Virus record (IMG/VR): IMGVR_UViG_2908567220_000002
Location: 33,901-97,900 of that record
Length of the DNA stretch: 64,000 nucleotides
Direction: 5' to 3' (one strand)
Origin: a virus
Lineage: Duplodnaviria > Heunggongvirae > Uroviricota > Caudoviricetes
The notes under the pieces are model-generated. The model was not told the origin of the DNA, made no database searches, and saw only the letters and a program-made list of their open reading frames with translations. Shown here one piece after another: positions 18,238 through 28,604 of the stretch (positions within the stretch are counted from its first letter, which is position 1; each line of letters starts with the position of its first letter). Position numbers and translations under genes: made by a program.

Positions 18238-21200
18238 TCAATGTTCGCTTCCTGTTAACTGCCGGACAAGTGCAACCAGTTCGCTTACCTGATTTTCCAG
18301 AGTGCTGATCCGGGTGTCTGCTGTTGCCAGATTTTCACGTAGCGTTGTGTTTTCCTCTTCCAGCGCGGTAACGCGATCATCTGTTTCACGGGCGACCTGA
18401 ACAAGTAAACCCGTCACGGCGGCGTAGTCAACATTAAGATAGCGCGTTTCTTCGCGTAGCTCGTTGCCGTCAACGGTCGGGCCTTGCAACTCTTCACCAT
18501 AATGAGTAAACGATCCCACAGCTTCTGGTATCGCCTCCATTACTTCCTGTGCAATAACGCCAGCATAAGGCATCCCGTTTTCCCTGAGCGTGTAGGTGTA
18601 TCCGTTCATTTTACGGATTGCTTTCGTCGCGTCGCTGATAACGAGAATATCGTCTTTAAGGTCGCGGTCTGATGACTGATTCAGCGTTGTGCAATTAATA
18701 GCGCCATTTACATCAAACAACTGGCCTGCTGACGTTTTTTGCGCATAAAACAGATACGCAGCAGACGTTCCAACCTCAAAAACGTTTTGTCGAGTACTGG
18801 AACCCCACACCCTGACAGAAAACGGCAGTTCTGCATTGCCTGAGTTCTGTAAAACAAAACGATTACCAGTCCCTGATTGCTTTGTAAGGGTTAAATCAAC
18901 GGTTGAGTTAACCTCATTCTTGTTGATAGTGAGCGCCTGCGCTGTAGCCCCGTTAACAGCACCTGTTTTGAGTTGAACCGCGCCGTCATTACCATTTAAC
19001 AGTATCTCAGCTCCGCTAAAGAAATTTTTTAGCGACAGCATCTTACTTACGCCGACTGATGAACCCAACGCCCACGCGAGAGAATTACCGGTGCTATCAA
19101 ACCCACGTACAAAGCAATCCATTTTGCTATAGTCTGACGTGCTTCCAAGGACATCAATTCGCCCTCCGCCAGATTTTACCGGACTAGATGTGGTTAACGA
19201 CCTGACAGTTATATCCTGATTCCATCCGGAAACAACAACCTGACTCCACGCTGTCCAGTTTCCATTAACAACAAAGCGAACGTATATACGTTTTGTGTCG
19301 CTGTTAATCAGCGTTTGCATGTTCGCATAATCTGAATCCCTAACCTTACGAGTCGACTCTACACGGAGCAAAAAGTTACCGGTTACACCGTCAGGCTTGT
19401 TGGTGATATTTGCACCACCTCCAGAGGATGGACAACTATAGTATTTAACCGCCCCGGCATCTGACCTGATGGTCAGGTTGTTAAGATCAACCTTCTGGCC
19501 GCCAATGTTTTCAGGCTCGATGGCTCCTGCTATCCCGGCACTGAACGTAGCAGCGGCTGAAAACGCTGTCGTACCTTTGAAAGCCAGTTGACCACCAATC
19601 GTTAATCCCTTGTCGAGTTTCGCTTGCGTGATCAATTTGCTGTTTTGTTTCTGATCAGGACTCTCGCCAAAAGCCAGATCCCCATTAGTATCAATTCCAA
19701 GATACTTTTGGTTCACGTTGTCTAACTTAAACCCAATGGACACATTTTCAGAAGAACCGGAACGCGTTAAAACCAACGGCGTGTGCTGTACTCCATAGAT
19801 GCTGAGCGTAGTTGCCGATGAGTCAGTGTCGGTATTTGCAATCTCAATCGTTCTGCTTTTAATTTTATACGCTACTGTGAGATCACGGACTTCAACCCTC
19901 CCGTCGTGACGAACAACAAGATCCCCTCCTGATGTCCCCCCTGCTGTCTTTGCCCTGATGCGAACTTCGCCAAGCGAATCAGTGTTAGGACCAGCATAGA
20001 TTATGCCGCGCTCTGTGTTATCGCCAGTATAAAACCGCAAAGCGGTGACTCCACTGTCTGCCCGCAGGAAGACTGACGGTGTACCTTTTTTGATTGTCAA
20101 GTCACCGGTCATTGTATCGCCGGTTTTTTTTACCTGCGCATCGTTCGTTACGTTGCCAAGTCCAACATCCGATTTCGACGGCTTGTTTGCCGAGCCGTAT
20201 AGCTCATTGACGCTAAAAGTCCCGTTGTTAAGCCGGGCATCGGTGCCGGCATAGATCTTAATCTTCGCGGTTGAGTAGTCGATATTGATCGCTGACCACG
20301 TATCGCCGCACCGCGAGAATATACCAGAACCGTGGCTATAAATGGTCGCCGTGCTTCCGGTCGGCTTATCACCGCGCCAGAAATGACCACCTTTGTCACG
20401 CAGAGCTTTTAAGATCTCTACATCGCTCATCTTGCCGTTTGTTGATATCCCGCTACCGCCAAGACCGAAAGCGCCTGTAAGCATAGCATTAGAAAGACCC
20501 AAATCTGCTTTAGTCGGCTTGTTTAACTGGTCGTAAATCCTTACAACGGGGCTTTCAACATATCCAGAAGGCGCGGCGGTTTGCTTAACAAATCCGTCTG
20601 GAATGTATAATTCCGTGCGTGCCGTCTGCGCCAGTACCGCAACCTTTGCGCCGTTGATAAATGCGCGCTGGAAGGCCCAAACCTCAATAAAGCCATCACC
20701 TTTAACCAGGCCGTAACGCATCTGGTTGTTATCGGTCAGCCCGGTTGACCCTAAGCGGCGTATACTCAGATGACGAGAAACATTATCCGCACTAAGCAAA
20801 GAAGGCATACCGCGCGCCGAGATCTCGATAAAGTCAATGTTTCCGTAAGGGGAGCCGTAGTTACCAGCGTTAGTAACCATTAGCGTTACATGGCAATTGC
20901 CGCTTCCGGGATCGGAAAGTTTCGCGATCTTTATGTAAAAAGACTCATTACCAGTAACAACGGGCCAATCGTATTGCGTCATCGGGCTGACGAGTCCCCC
21001 GACCTTGTCGAGATATTCTTTCGCCTTGTTCTCTGACGCTTTAGCGTTGGTTTCGCTGACCTTTGCTGCTGCCTCACTATTTTTCGCGTTGGTTTCTGAT
21101 TTTTTGGCTGCTGTCGCGGAGTTTGCCGATGCAGTTTGTGAGTCTGCTGCCGCCTGTGCGCTGTTATCCGCATTCGTCTCAGACGTTTTTGCGGCCTTCG

Positions 21201-22017
21201 CGGAATTTCCTGCCGCCGTTGCCGAGGAAGCTGCACTACTGGCACTTGATGATGCGTTCGTTTCTGATGATTTCGCTGCCTCTTTTGAGGCCGCCGCATC
21301 CCGGGATGAGGTGGCAGCTTCTGACGCTTTCGTGGTCGCGGTGGATGCAGAAGTGGCTGCAGATTTTTGTGACGCTGCAGCATTCGTTTCTGACGTTTTC
21401 GCCGCACCGGCACTGGTGGCTGCCGCGCTTTTTGAAGACTCTGCGGCGGCAGCACTTTTTAATGCTTCAGTGGCCTTTGTTGATGCCGTTCCTGCGCTGG
21501 AAAAAGCCTCCTGAGCCGACGTCGCGGCCTGTCCGGCTGACGTTCTGGCTGCGCGTGCTGAGTCTGCAGCATCAGTCGCATGGGTTGCCGCCTCACGGGC
21601 TGATGTGCCGGCATCGCTGGCTGACTTCTTCGCGGCTGCCGTGTTCTGTGCCACTGCGGACGCGTTACGCGCCACCTCTGCCACCATCAGTTCAAAGCGG
21701 CGCAGTGCCTCCGGACGGGCATCATCCTCCGTCATGGCACCGAGAAAATCATTCAGCGTACCCGGTTGTGAGTCTTCATACACGGTGATGGTCCCGGCAT
21801 GCGATGGCGGGAAGCCTTCCACCAACAGAATAACGCTGTACTGACCGTACTCAACGTCCATGCTGTAACGCCCTGCTTCATCCGGATTTTCAGATGCCAC
21901 CGTGTTCACCACCACCGTGGTGCTGTTACGTTTTGCTTTCAGCTGGATTGTGCAGTTCTGTACCGGTTTACCTGCACCGTCTTTCAGTACACCTGAAATC
22001 TTTACTGCCATATTCAC
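18238..22017 (-). CDS. stf: Side tail fiber protein (Stf-like) with Ala/Ser/Thr-rich repeats and C-terminal chaperone-type domain
   Basis: 1259 aa; low-complexity KSAATSA.../SETNA... repeats; C-terminal segment resembling autoproteolytic tail-fiber chaperone domain. Confidence 0.8.
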   Translation of the reverse strand: MNMAVKISGVLKDGAGKPVQNCTIQLKAKRNSTTVVVNTVASENPDEAGRYSMDVEYGQYSVILLVEGFPPSHAGTITVYEDSQPGTLNDFLGAMTEDDARPEALRRFELMVAEVARNASAVAQNTAAAKKSASDAGTSAREAATHATDAADSARAARTSAGQAATSAQEAFSSAGTASTKATEALKSAAAAESSKSAAATSAGAAKTSETNAAASQKSAATSASTATTKASEAATSSRDAAASKEAAKSSETNASSSASSAASSATAAGNSAKAAKTSETNADNSAQAAADSQTASANSATAAKKSETNAKNSEAAAKVSETNAKASENKAKEYLDKVGGLVSPMTQYDWPVVTGNESFYIKIAKLSDPGSGNCHVTLMVTNAGNYGSPYGNIDFIEISARGMPSLLSADNVSRHLSIRRLGSTGLTDNNQMRYGLVKGDGFIEVWAFQRAFINGAKVAVLAQTARTELYIPDGFVKQTAAPSGYVESPVVRIYDQLNKPTKADLGLSNAMLTGAFGLGGSGISTNGKMSDVEILKALRDKGGHFWRGDKPTGSTATIYSHGSGIFSRCGDTWSAINIDYSTAKIKIYAGTDARLNNGTFSVNELYGSANKPSKSDVGLGNVTNDAQVKKTGDTMTGDLTIKKGTPSVFLRADSGVTALRFYTGDNTERGIIYAGPNTDSLGEVRIRAKTAGGTSGGDLVVRHDGRVEVRDLTVAYKIKSRTIEIANTDTDSSATTLSIYGVQHTPLVLTRSGSSENVSIGFKLDNVNQKYLGIDTNGDLAFGESPDQKQNSKLITQAKLDKGLTIGGQLAFKGTTAFSAAATFSAGIAGAIEPENIGGQKVDLNNLTIRSDAGAVKYYSCPSSGGGANITNKPDGVTGNFLLRVESTRKVRDSDYANMQTLINSDTKRIYVRFVVNGNWTAWSQVVVSGWNQDITVRSLTTSSPVKSGGGRIDVLGSTSDYSKMDCFVRGFDSTGNSLAWALGSSVGVSKMLSLKNFFSGAEILLNGNDGAVQLKTGAVNGATAQALTINKNEVNSTVDLTLTKQSGTGNRFVLQNSGNAELPFSVRVWGSSTRQNVFEVGTSAAYLFYAQKTSAGQLFDVNGAINCTTLNQSSDRDLKDDILVISDATKAIRKMNGYTYTLRENGMPYAGVIAQEVMEAIPEAVGSFTHYGEELQGPTVDGNELREETRYLNVDYAAVTGLLVQVARETDDRVTALEEENTTLRENLATADTRISTLENQVSELVALVRQLTGSEH

Positions 22018-22075
22018 CCCACAAAAAAGCCCGCCTGAACCGGCGGGCTGTCATAACACTGTGTTACCTGGCTAA

Positions 22076-22675
22076 TCAGAACTTATAACCAACACCCACG
22101 ATGAACCCGTCAGTGCGCCAGTCGCCACTGCCGGAGCCTTCATAAGCGACATCAACGGCCACGGATTCGGTCGGGTTAAACTGCACGCCAGCCCCCCACG
22201 CCAGAGACATGTTGCTGTGGCGACCGTCATCACTTCCGGTCAGCACATCGTGCGTTTTCCCCTTGTTGTCAGTTACGCGGAGATAATCCCCGGAGAAAGT
22301 CGACACACGGCTGTAAGCCATACCCGCCATCGCATACGCGCTGAACCATTCATTCACGCGCACAGACGGCCCCGCCATCACGCTGAACCAGCGGTTACGC
22401 ACGGAATCTTCATGCCAGCGGGTATCGCTGTAACGGGTCAGCTGGCGATTCTTGTCTCCTGCATAGCTGAATGACGTCACCAGCCCCAGCGTATCCGTAA
22501 ACTCATAACGGTATTTCACGTTAATCCCGTTCAGATTATCGCTGCCGGGAGCGTTCGTACGGGCATGAAGATACCCTGCGCTCAGTGTGGCCTGCTGCTC
22601 AGACGCCCATGCAGGCGCACCGGATACGGCCAGACAGATGGCTGCGGACAAAATGGCTGCACAAACTTTACGCAT
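22076..22675 (-). CDS. lom: Lom-like outer membrane protein (Ail/Lom family)
   Basis: 199 aa with signal peptide and beta-barrel-like pattern ending ...GFIVGVGYKF; between J and stf as in lambda. Confidence 0.85.
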   Translation of the reverse strand: MRKVCAAILSAAICLAVSGAPAWASEQQATLSAGYLHARTNAPGSDNLNGINVKYRYEFTDTLGLVTSFSYAGDKNRQLTRYSDTRWHEDSVRNRWFSVMAGPSVRVNEWFSAYAMAGMAYSRVSTFSGDYLRVTDNKGKTHDVLTGSDDGRHSNMSLAWGAGVQFNPTESVAVDVAYEGSGSGDWRTDGFIVGVGYKF

Positions 22676-22743
22676 AATTACCTCTCGCTTTTCTGCAATA
22701 AAAAAGGCGCCAGAAATGGCGCCCGCATATGGGTTATGAAAAT

Positions 22744-25700
22744 TCAGCTAATCGTGATACCTGCTGTGGATTTCTTCATCACCACAACCAGCAAATCACT
22801 GATACTGGCTGTGGGATACCAGTCATTTACCAGCCACGCTGATACCGAAAACTCCAGCGTCATGTGACCGCGACCAGCAGGCATATCAATAACACCTGTA
22901 TAAACCAGCGTATTATCCAGCGCGGTACGGTTATAAATTTCAGCACCGTTTTTCTTCACTATCAGGCGGCATGACGAATAAATATCGTTATTCTCCCGCT
23001 CATGTTTAGCGCCACGAAACGCCACCGCGGGAATAACAATCTGCCGGTCAAACGGCTGATCGTCATAAACCCTGACGGTAATGGTCCCTGATGGCCACCG
23101 CTCCGGTGCACGGGAGTCCCGGGGGAAAGCTTTGCCCACTGTTTTAACGAGATCGCCTTCAATCTGGTTCGCAGACAGTTTTCCCAGAACCCGACAGTTT
23201 TCATTTATCGTGACATTGTTGAGCGTCCCGGCGTTCGCATTCACACTGCCACTGATATCCGCATTTTTCGCCGTCAGTCGCCCGTCCGGTGTCAGGGAAA
23301 ATGCCGGTGGATTTCCACCGCTGGTAATGGTGGGGGCCGTCAGGCGTTTCAGGAACACGTCGTTCATGAATATCTGATCGCCCTGACCAACAAACATCGG
23401 TTTTGTGTTGCCATTCGCAGGATTAACCATCGCAATCCTGTCCGCCGCCAGCAGCACCTGACTCTGCATGCCGTCAGGGGTGTTCTCAATACCGGCACCA
23501 ATACCCGCGATATAAAGGCGTCCGTCCTGCATCTGCTGCAGCTTCACAGCCCACATGCTGTTCAGGTTATTATTTGTATCAACCTGAACCTTCTGTATCT
23601 GCTGAATTGCCGCACTCTGGTCTTCCAGTTTCTTATTGACGGTCTGCGTGATTTCATTGCTGACATCCGTAATGGACGTCCTGATTTCAGCCAGGTCAGG
23701 CGCAAGCTGACCGTTATCAATCTGCGTCCACAGCTCCTGAGCCAGATGGGTTTTCCCTATCTCGCCTTTGAAAAAATCCAGATAGCCGGATGCGTCATCA
23801 CTCGGCTGACCAACAGCCTCCACGAATGCCGATTTGCCAACGGTGTTCACACTGCGAACGTAAAAATAATAATTATGGCCCGGTTTGATATTGATACTGG
23901 CGGCTATCCAGTACAACGCCGTACCAAGATAGCGTGCTGTGGTTTCAACCTGCCTGATATCCGCAATCCGCTTTTCCGAGAACCAGAACTCAAACTGTAC
24001 CGTCGGATCATAAACCGCAAGATGCGGCGTGGCGGTTATCTGAAAATAGCCCGGCGTCAGCTCAATCCGCGACGGCGCTGCCGGTGCGGCAATCCGGAAC
24101 GATACCGACGCCGGATCGCCCTGCTGCCCCCACGCATTTACTGCCCGGACTGTCAGCCTGTAGTTCCCCAGAGCCAGTTGTGTGAAGCGGTAAGTGGTTT
24201 CCGTCGTCCGGGCCGTGCTGACCAGCCGCTCACTGCCGTCATCCGCTGCCACGGTCAGGCGAAGCAGGAAGCTCACGCCCTTCACCACCTTCGGCGTGTC
24301 CCAGCGGGCCAGCACCTGGTATTCCCCGCTGTCTGCGGTGACTTCTGCGGTCAGATGCTGCACTGCTGGCGGCGTGACACCATTCACCGTGCCGCTCTGG
24401 TCGCCGTCAAAGTGCGCCCCGTTATCCACGATGGCCTCTTTTTCCGGTACATGCTGCACGGCGGTGATGGCATACGTGCCGTCATCGTTCTCACGGATAC
24501 TCACGCAGCGGAACAGGCGCTGGCGCAGCGTCGGCAGCTTCAGCCCCCATACGCTGTATCCGGCAACGCCGTCAGGAACACGGCTCACTTTTACCTTCAC
24601 GCCGTCGGTGACGGACTGGACCTCCACGCCGACCGGATTGCCACTTCCGTCAACCAGGCTTATCAGCGTGGTACCGGAGGATGGCAGCGTGATTTCACGG
24701 TCGAGCGTCAGCGTCCGGGTCTGGCTGTTCACCGCCAGCACGCGCCCGCCGGTGCTGATACCGGCATAGTCATCATCGCAGATTTCAATGACATCGCCCG
24801 GTACATGGCGAAGCCCTTCAGCACCCACGCTGAAGTCCACGGTCTGCGTTTCCAGCAGCTCCGTTTTAATCAGCCACAGCCCGGCGCGGTGTGCCTGCCC
24901 CCGGCTGGTACAGCCAAAGGCATCCATCTTCGTGACGTTACGACCGTAACGGGCAATGGCCTGCGAGTCCTCCACAAGCTCTGTTGCCGTCTCCCAGCCG
25001 TTATCCGGGTCAATCCAGTTCACTTCAACGGCATTATGGCGGTCTTTCAGGGCGCTGAAGCTGTAGCGGAATGGTGCGCCATCATCCGGCATCACCACAT
25101 TACTGCGGTTATAGGTCCACACCTTATCCGATGGTCGGTCCTGCACGAACGTCAGCGTCTGCCCGTTCCATACCGGCATACAGCGCATCGCCGAGCAGAA
25201 ATCACTGAGCACATCCCACGCCTTACGTTGTGTGGTCAGGTACGCATTACAGGTGATGCGCGGCTCCGTACCGCCAAAGCCGTCCGGCACCGACTGGTCA
25301 CAATGCTGGCCGATGACATACAGCGCCCATTTGTCCACATCCGCCGCACCAAGACGTTTCCCCATGCCGTAGCGCGGATGGGTCAGCATATCCCACAGAC
25401 ACCAGGCCATGTTGTTGCTGTATGCTGGCTTAAACGTTCCGTCCCAGATACCGCTGTATTGCCGCGTCTGCGGGTTATAGTTCGACGGCACCTGCAGAAT
25501 GCGCCCGTGCAGATGATAATTACGGCTCACCTGCTGGCTGCCGAACTGCTCCGAATCCACCTGCACGCCGACCAGTGCCGTGTTCGGGTAGCACTGTTTC
25601 ACATCGATGATTTCGGTGTATGACGACCAGAGCGTTTTGTTCTGCAGCTGGTCTGTGGTGCTGTCCGGCGTCATCCTGCGCATCCGGATATTAAACGGGC

Positions 25701-26223
25701 GCGGCGGCAGGTTACCCACCACCACCGAGGCCAGATACTGCGAGGTGGTTTTGCCCTTAATGGTGATGTCTTTTTCCGTCACCCAGCCACCATTACGCTG
25801 GATCTGAACCAGCAGGCGGACTTCCGACGGATTCCTGTCCCCCTTTGAGGTGGTTTCCACCAGTGCCTGCACGCCGAAGGTAAAACGCAGTCGGTCAATG
25901 TTTGCCGACGTGATGGTCCGGGTGATCGGCGTGTCGTATTTCACTTCCGTACCCAGCACCGTCTCGGAGCCGGAGGATTCAAATCCCTCCGGCGGTGTCT
26001 GCTCCTGCTCACCGGCCCGGAACACCACCGTGACGCCGGAGATGTTGGTATTCCCCTCACTGTCCAGCACCGGCGTACTGTTCAGCAGCACGCTTTTTAA
26101 TCCATCCACCGGACCTTCAATCGGCCCTTCGCTGATGGCATCGATCACACTCAGCAACTGCGTGGACTTCAGGTTGTCCTTCGCTTCGCGCGGAGTATGC
26201 CCCTTACTGCTGCCTTTACCCAT
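22744..26223 (-). CDS. J: Host specificity protein J (central tail fiber)
   Basis: 1159 aa; strong recalled similarity to lambda gpJ. Confidence 0.95.
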   Translation of the reverse strand: MGKGSSKGHTPREAKDNLKSTQLLSVIDAISEGPIEGPVDGLKSVLLNSTPVLDSEGNTNISGVTVVFRAGEQEQTPPEGFESSGSETVLGTEVKYDTPITRTITSANIDRLRFTFGVQALVETTSKGDRNPSEVRLLVQIQRNGGWVTEKDITIKGKTTSQYLASVVVGNLPPRPFNIRMRRMTPDSTTDQLQNKTLWSSYTEIIDVKQCYPNTALVGVQVDSEQFGSQQVSRNYHLHGRILQVPSNYNPQTRQYSGIWDGTFKPAYSNNMAWCLWDMLTHPRYGMGKRLGAADVDKWALYVIGQHCDQSVPDGFGGTEPRITCNAYLTTQRKAWDVLSDFCSAMRCMPVWNGQTLTFVQDRPSDKVWTYNRSNVVMPDDGAPFRYSFSALKDRHNAVEVNWIDPDNGWETATELVEDSQAIARYGRNVTKMDAFGCTSRGQAHRAGLWLIKTELLETQTVDFSVGAEGLRHVPGDVIEICDDDYAGISTGGRVLAVNSQTRTLTLDREITLPSSGTTLISLVDGSGNPVGVEVQSVTDGVKVKVSRVPDGVAGYSVWGLKLPTLRQRLFRCVSIRENDDGTYAITAVQHVPEKEAIVDNGAHFDGDQSGTVNGVTPPAVQHLTAEVTADSGEYQVLARWDTPKVVKGVSFLLRLTVAADDGSERLVSTARTTETTYRFTQLALGNYRLTVRAVNAWGQQGDPASVSFRIAAPAAPSRIELTPGYFQITATPHLAVYDPTVQFEFWFSEKRIADIRQVETTARYLGTALYWIAASINIKPGHNYYFYVRSVNTVGKSAFVEAVGQPSDDASGYLDFFKGEIGKTHLAQELWTQIDNGQLAPDLAEIRTSITDVSNEITQTVNKKLEDQSAAIQQIQKVQVDTNNNLNSMWAVKLQQMQDGRLYIAGIGAGIENTPDGMQSQVLLAADRIAMVNPANGNTKPMFVGQGDQIFMNDVFLKRLTAPTITSGGNPPAFSLTPDGRLTAKNADISGSVNANAGTLNNVTINENCRVLGKLSANQIEGDLVKTVGKAFPRDSRAPERWPSGTITVRVYDDQPFDRQIVIPAVAFRGAKHERENNDIYSSCRLIVKKNGAEIYNRTALDNTLVYTGVIDMPAGRGHMTLEFSVSAWLVNDWYPTASISDLLVVVMKKSTAGITIS

Positions 26224-26282
26224 TCGTCACGCTCCATAAACGACAAAACCGCCCGCAGGCGGTTTCACATAAACGTTTTTCA

Positions 26283-26930
26283 TCAGCGACCAATCACCAC
26301 AACCTGACCACCATCCCCTTCGTCTGCCGTGCTGATCTCCTGAGAGACCACCTGCGACCCCACGCGCATTTCACCGTACAGAACGGGCAGAACATTGCCC
26401 TGGGCAACCATGTTATCCAGTGAGGAGAAATAGGTGTTCTGTTTGCCGTTATCTGTACTTGCTGCCGTGGGCGTCCTGGCTTTCGGTGCCAGCATCTGCG
26501 CCACTCCGCCAAGGATCATACTGGCCCCCGCAGCATACATGCCCGATAAAGCCGCAGCTCCCAGCCAGCCTGCAGGGTTCCACCACGCCACTGCAATCAG
26601 CGCCGCACCCAGCACCGCCTGAAACACACCGCCACTTTTTGCTCCCGCCAGACGCGGCACGATGTGGATCACGGCACCATTTGCCAGCGGCTCATTAAGA
26701 CGGGCAGACAATTCGGTTTCACCTGCATCACGCCCGGCAATCCGTATCTGATACCAGCCCTCATTCAGTTTCTGACGAAACACCGGGAGCTGTGTGGCCA
26801 GTGCGCGGATGGCTTCAGCCCCCGTTTTCACACGAAGGTCGATGCGGCGGCCAAATCGTTGCAAATCCCCGTAAAGGCAGATGCGTGCCATTCCCGGTGA
26901 CGCCAGAGGGAGTGTGTGCGTCGCTGCCAT
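26283..26930 (-). CDS. I: Tail assembly protein I
   Basis: 215 aa MAATHTLPLASPGMARICLYGDLQRFGRRIDL...; lambda gpI-like. Confidence 0.9.
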   Translation of the reverse strand: MAATHTLPLASPGMARICLYGDLQRFGRRIDLRVKTGAEAIRALATQLPVFRQKLNEGWYQIRIAGRDAGETELSARLNEPLANGAVIHIVPRLAGAKSGGVFQAVLGAALIAVAWWNPAGWLGAAALSGMYAAGASMILGGVAQMLAPKARTPTAASTDNGKQNTYFSSLDNMVAQGNVLPVLYGEMRVGSQVVSQEISTADEGDGGQVVVIGR

Positions 26931-27571
26931 TTGTCGGTGTACCTCTCTCGTTTGCTCAGTTGTTCAGGAATATGGTGCAGCAGCTCGCCGTCACCACAGT
27001 AAATGGCGGCATGATTCGGCACCGATGAACCAAAGCAGCACAGCAGCACATCGCCCGGTTGTGCTGATGACAACGGCACCTGATACAGCCCTGTGGCCTC
27101 CAGATTATCCAGATAGAGATTCTGACCGTGACGCCACCAGTCATCCCCGCGATGAAAATCCGGCATCTCAATCCCCGCCAGATGATAAGCATCCCGGAAC
27201 AGCGTGTAACAGTCCGTCACTCCGTGCTCAAAGCGCCGCCCGGTGAGATGCGGCACACAGCGGAACTTATGAATCGTCCCCCGGCAAACCAGCCACCACG
27301 GCAAATCACTCTGCACCTGCAGCCGCCGGTCGGCCTCACTCAGCCAGGGCAGACCACCGGGGTGGCTGTGGACCAGCGCCACAATCTCACCCTGCATTTC
27401 TGCCCGCAGCCAGTCCTCCGGCGACATCCGGAAATACGCCTCCGGCTCACCGGAGATATTCACGCAGGGAAAATATCTTTCCCCTTCCGGCGTTCTCACC
27501 ACGAAGCCGCACGACTCCGCTGGCGCACATCGCCGGGCGTGCGCCAGAATCGCTGATTCTGTCTGTGTCAT
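26828..27571 (-). CDS. K: Tail assembly protein K (NlpC/P60 + JAMM-like)
   Basis: Contains HSHPGG motif; lambda gpK-like; overlaps I as in lambda. Confidence 0.9.
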   Translation of the reverse strand: MTQTESAILAHARRCAPAESCGFVVRTPEGERYFPCVNISGEPEAYFRMSPEDWLRAEMQGEIVALVHSHPGGLPWLSEADRRLQVQSDLPWWLVCRGTIHKFRCVPHLTGRRFEHGVTDCYTLFRDAYHLAGIEMPDFHRGDDWWRHGQNLYLDNLEATGLYQVPLSSAQPGDVLLCCFGSSVPNHAAIYCGDGELLHHIPEQLSKRERYTDKWQRRTHSLWRHREWHASAFTGICNDLAAASTFV

Positions 27572-27576
27572 GGGAT

Positions 27577-28275
27577 TTACTGCGAAAGTTTGTTAATGGA
27601 AAGGAAGCCGCCAAAGTTGCCGACGTTATTGCGAAACTTACAGCCGCTCAGGCATTTGCTGCATTTATCCTTCGTGATATCGGACGTCGGCTGGTCATAT
27701 TCATCCGCGACAGCCGGACCGCTATAACCGCACTCGTCACCGCGATAGGTCCAGGTGCAGGTGTTGGCCAGCATGATACGTCCCGGAAAAACAGCGCCAT
27801 CCGTTTCCGTCGGCGTGGACAGTACAAAGGAGGCACTCACCGCGCTCAGTTCGCTGCACTGCTCAATGCGCCAGCGGCTGATCACCTCCTGCTCCGGATC
27901 GGCGTAACTGTTTCCGTTGACGAAGTTCACCGCATCCAGAAAACGGGCGTAAACCTTACGCCGGACCACCGTTCCGCCGACCAGACTCTGCATATCTTCC
28001 GCCATCCCGGTGACCATACCGTACAGGTTAGAAACCGTCAGCGTGGGGCGCGTACTGGTGCCTTTGCCATTCAGTTCAAAACCGCTCCCCTGAATGGGAT
28101 ACGGCTGATACTGTCGCCCCTGCCAGGTGACCGGCTCACCTTTTTCGTTCTGCTCATTACAGAAAAAATAACGTTCTCCACCGACCTCTGTCAGGTCGAT
28201 TTCCCAGAGCACCACGCTGGCCGACTGCTCCGCACGGGTGCATTCATTCAGTGTTTCCTGCCGGATATCCTGCAT
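27577..28275 (-). CDS. L: Minor tail protein L
   Basis: 232 aa; lambda gpL-like. Confidence 0.9.
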   Translation of the reverse strand: MQDIRQETLNECTRAEQSASVVLWEIDLTEVGGERYFFCNEQNEKGEPVTWQGRQYQPYPIQGSGFELNGKGTSTRPTLTVSNLYGMVTGMAEDMQSLVGGTVVRRKVYARFLDAVNFVNGNSYADPEQEVISRWRIEQCSELSAVSASFVLSTPTETDGAVFPGRIMLANTCTWTYRGDECGYSGPAVADEYDQPTSDITKDKCSKCLSGCKFRNNVGNFGGFLSINKLSQ

Positions 28276-28604
28276 CAGTTCACCACCTGTTTAAACTCTG
28301 CGCTGAACCCAACACGCAACATACTGACCTGCGACGACCATTTTGCGCAGGTCACCTTTATCTGCCTGTAACCATAAGGCGGCGTCCACAGAAAGGCCTT
28401 CCAGCCCCCGTGCTCAGCCAGAAACGACTCCAGCGCCGTGGCCTCCTCACGGGAGACAGACAGCGTCACGCTGTACGTTTTCAGGTCAGCGTTCAGCCCG
28501 GCAGGCGCACGCTGGGAATAGCCATCACCAAAGCGCACCTCCCTGACGGAAGGAGCCGATGTCACATCCATCCCGGGTTTCACTTTCCAGCGGAAGGTTT
28601 TCAT
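28275..28604 (-). CDS. M: Minor tail protein M
   Basis: 109 aa; lambda gpM-like. Confidence 0.9.
   Translation of the reverse strand: MKTFRWKVKPGMDVTSAPSVREVRFGDGYSQRAPAGLNADLKTYSVTLSVSREEATALESFLAEHGGWKAFLWTPPYGYRQIKVTCAKWSSQVSMLRVGFSAEFKQVVN

Noticed and set aside
20979-21844. Several 150-240 aa ORFs on both strands within the tail fiber repeat block
   Set aside because: Alternative frames or antisense of the Ala/Ser/Thr-rich repeat of the tail fiber gene; low-complexity translations (poly-A/L/P/R) with no start context.
23746-25623. 625-aa plus-strand ORF (and 24194..24769) inside the J gene region
   Set aside because: Antisense to the well-supported host specificity protein J; Arg/His-rich composition typical of spurious reverse-strand ORFs in GC-rich coding DNA.
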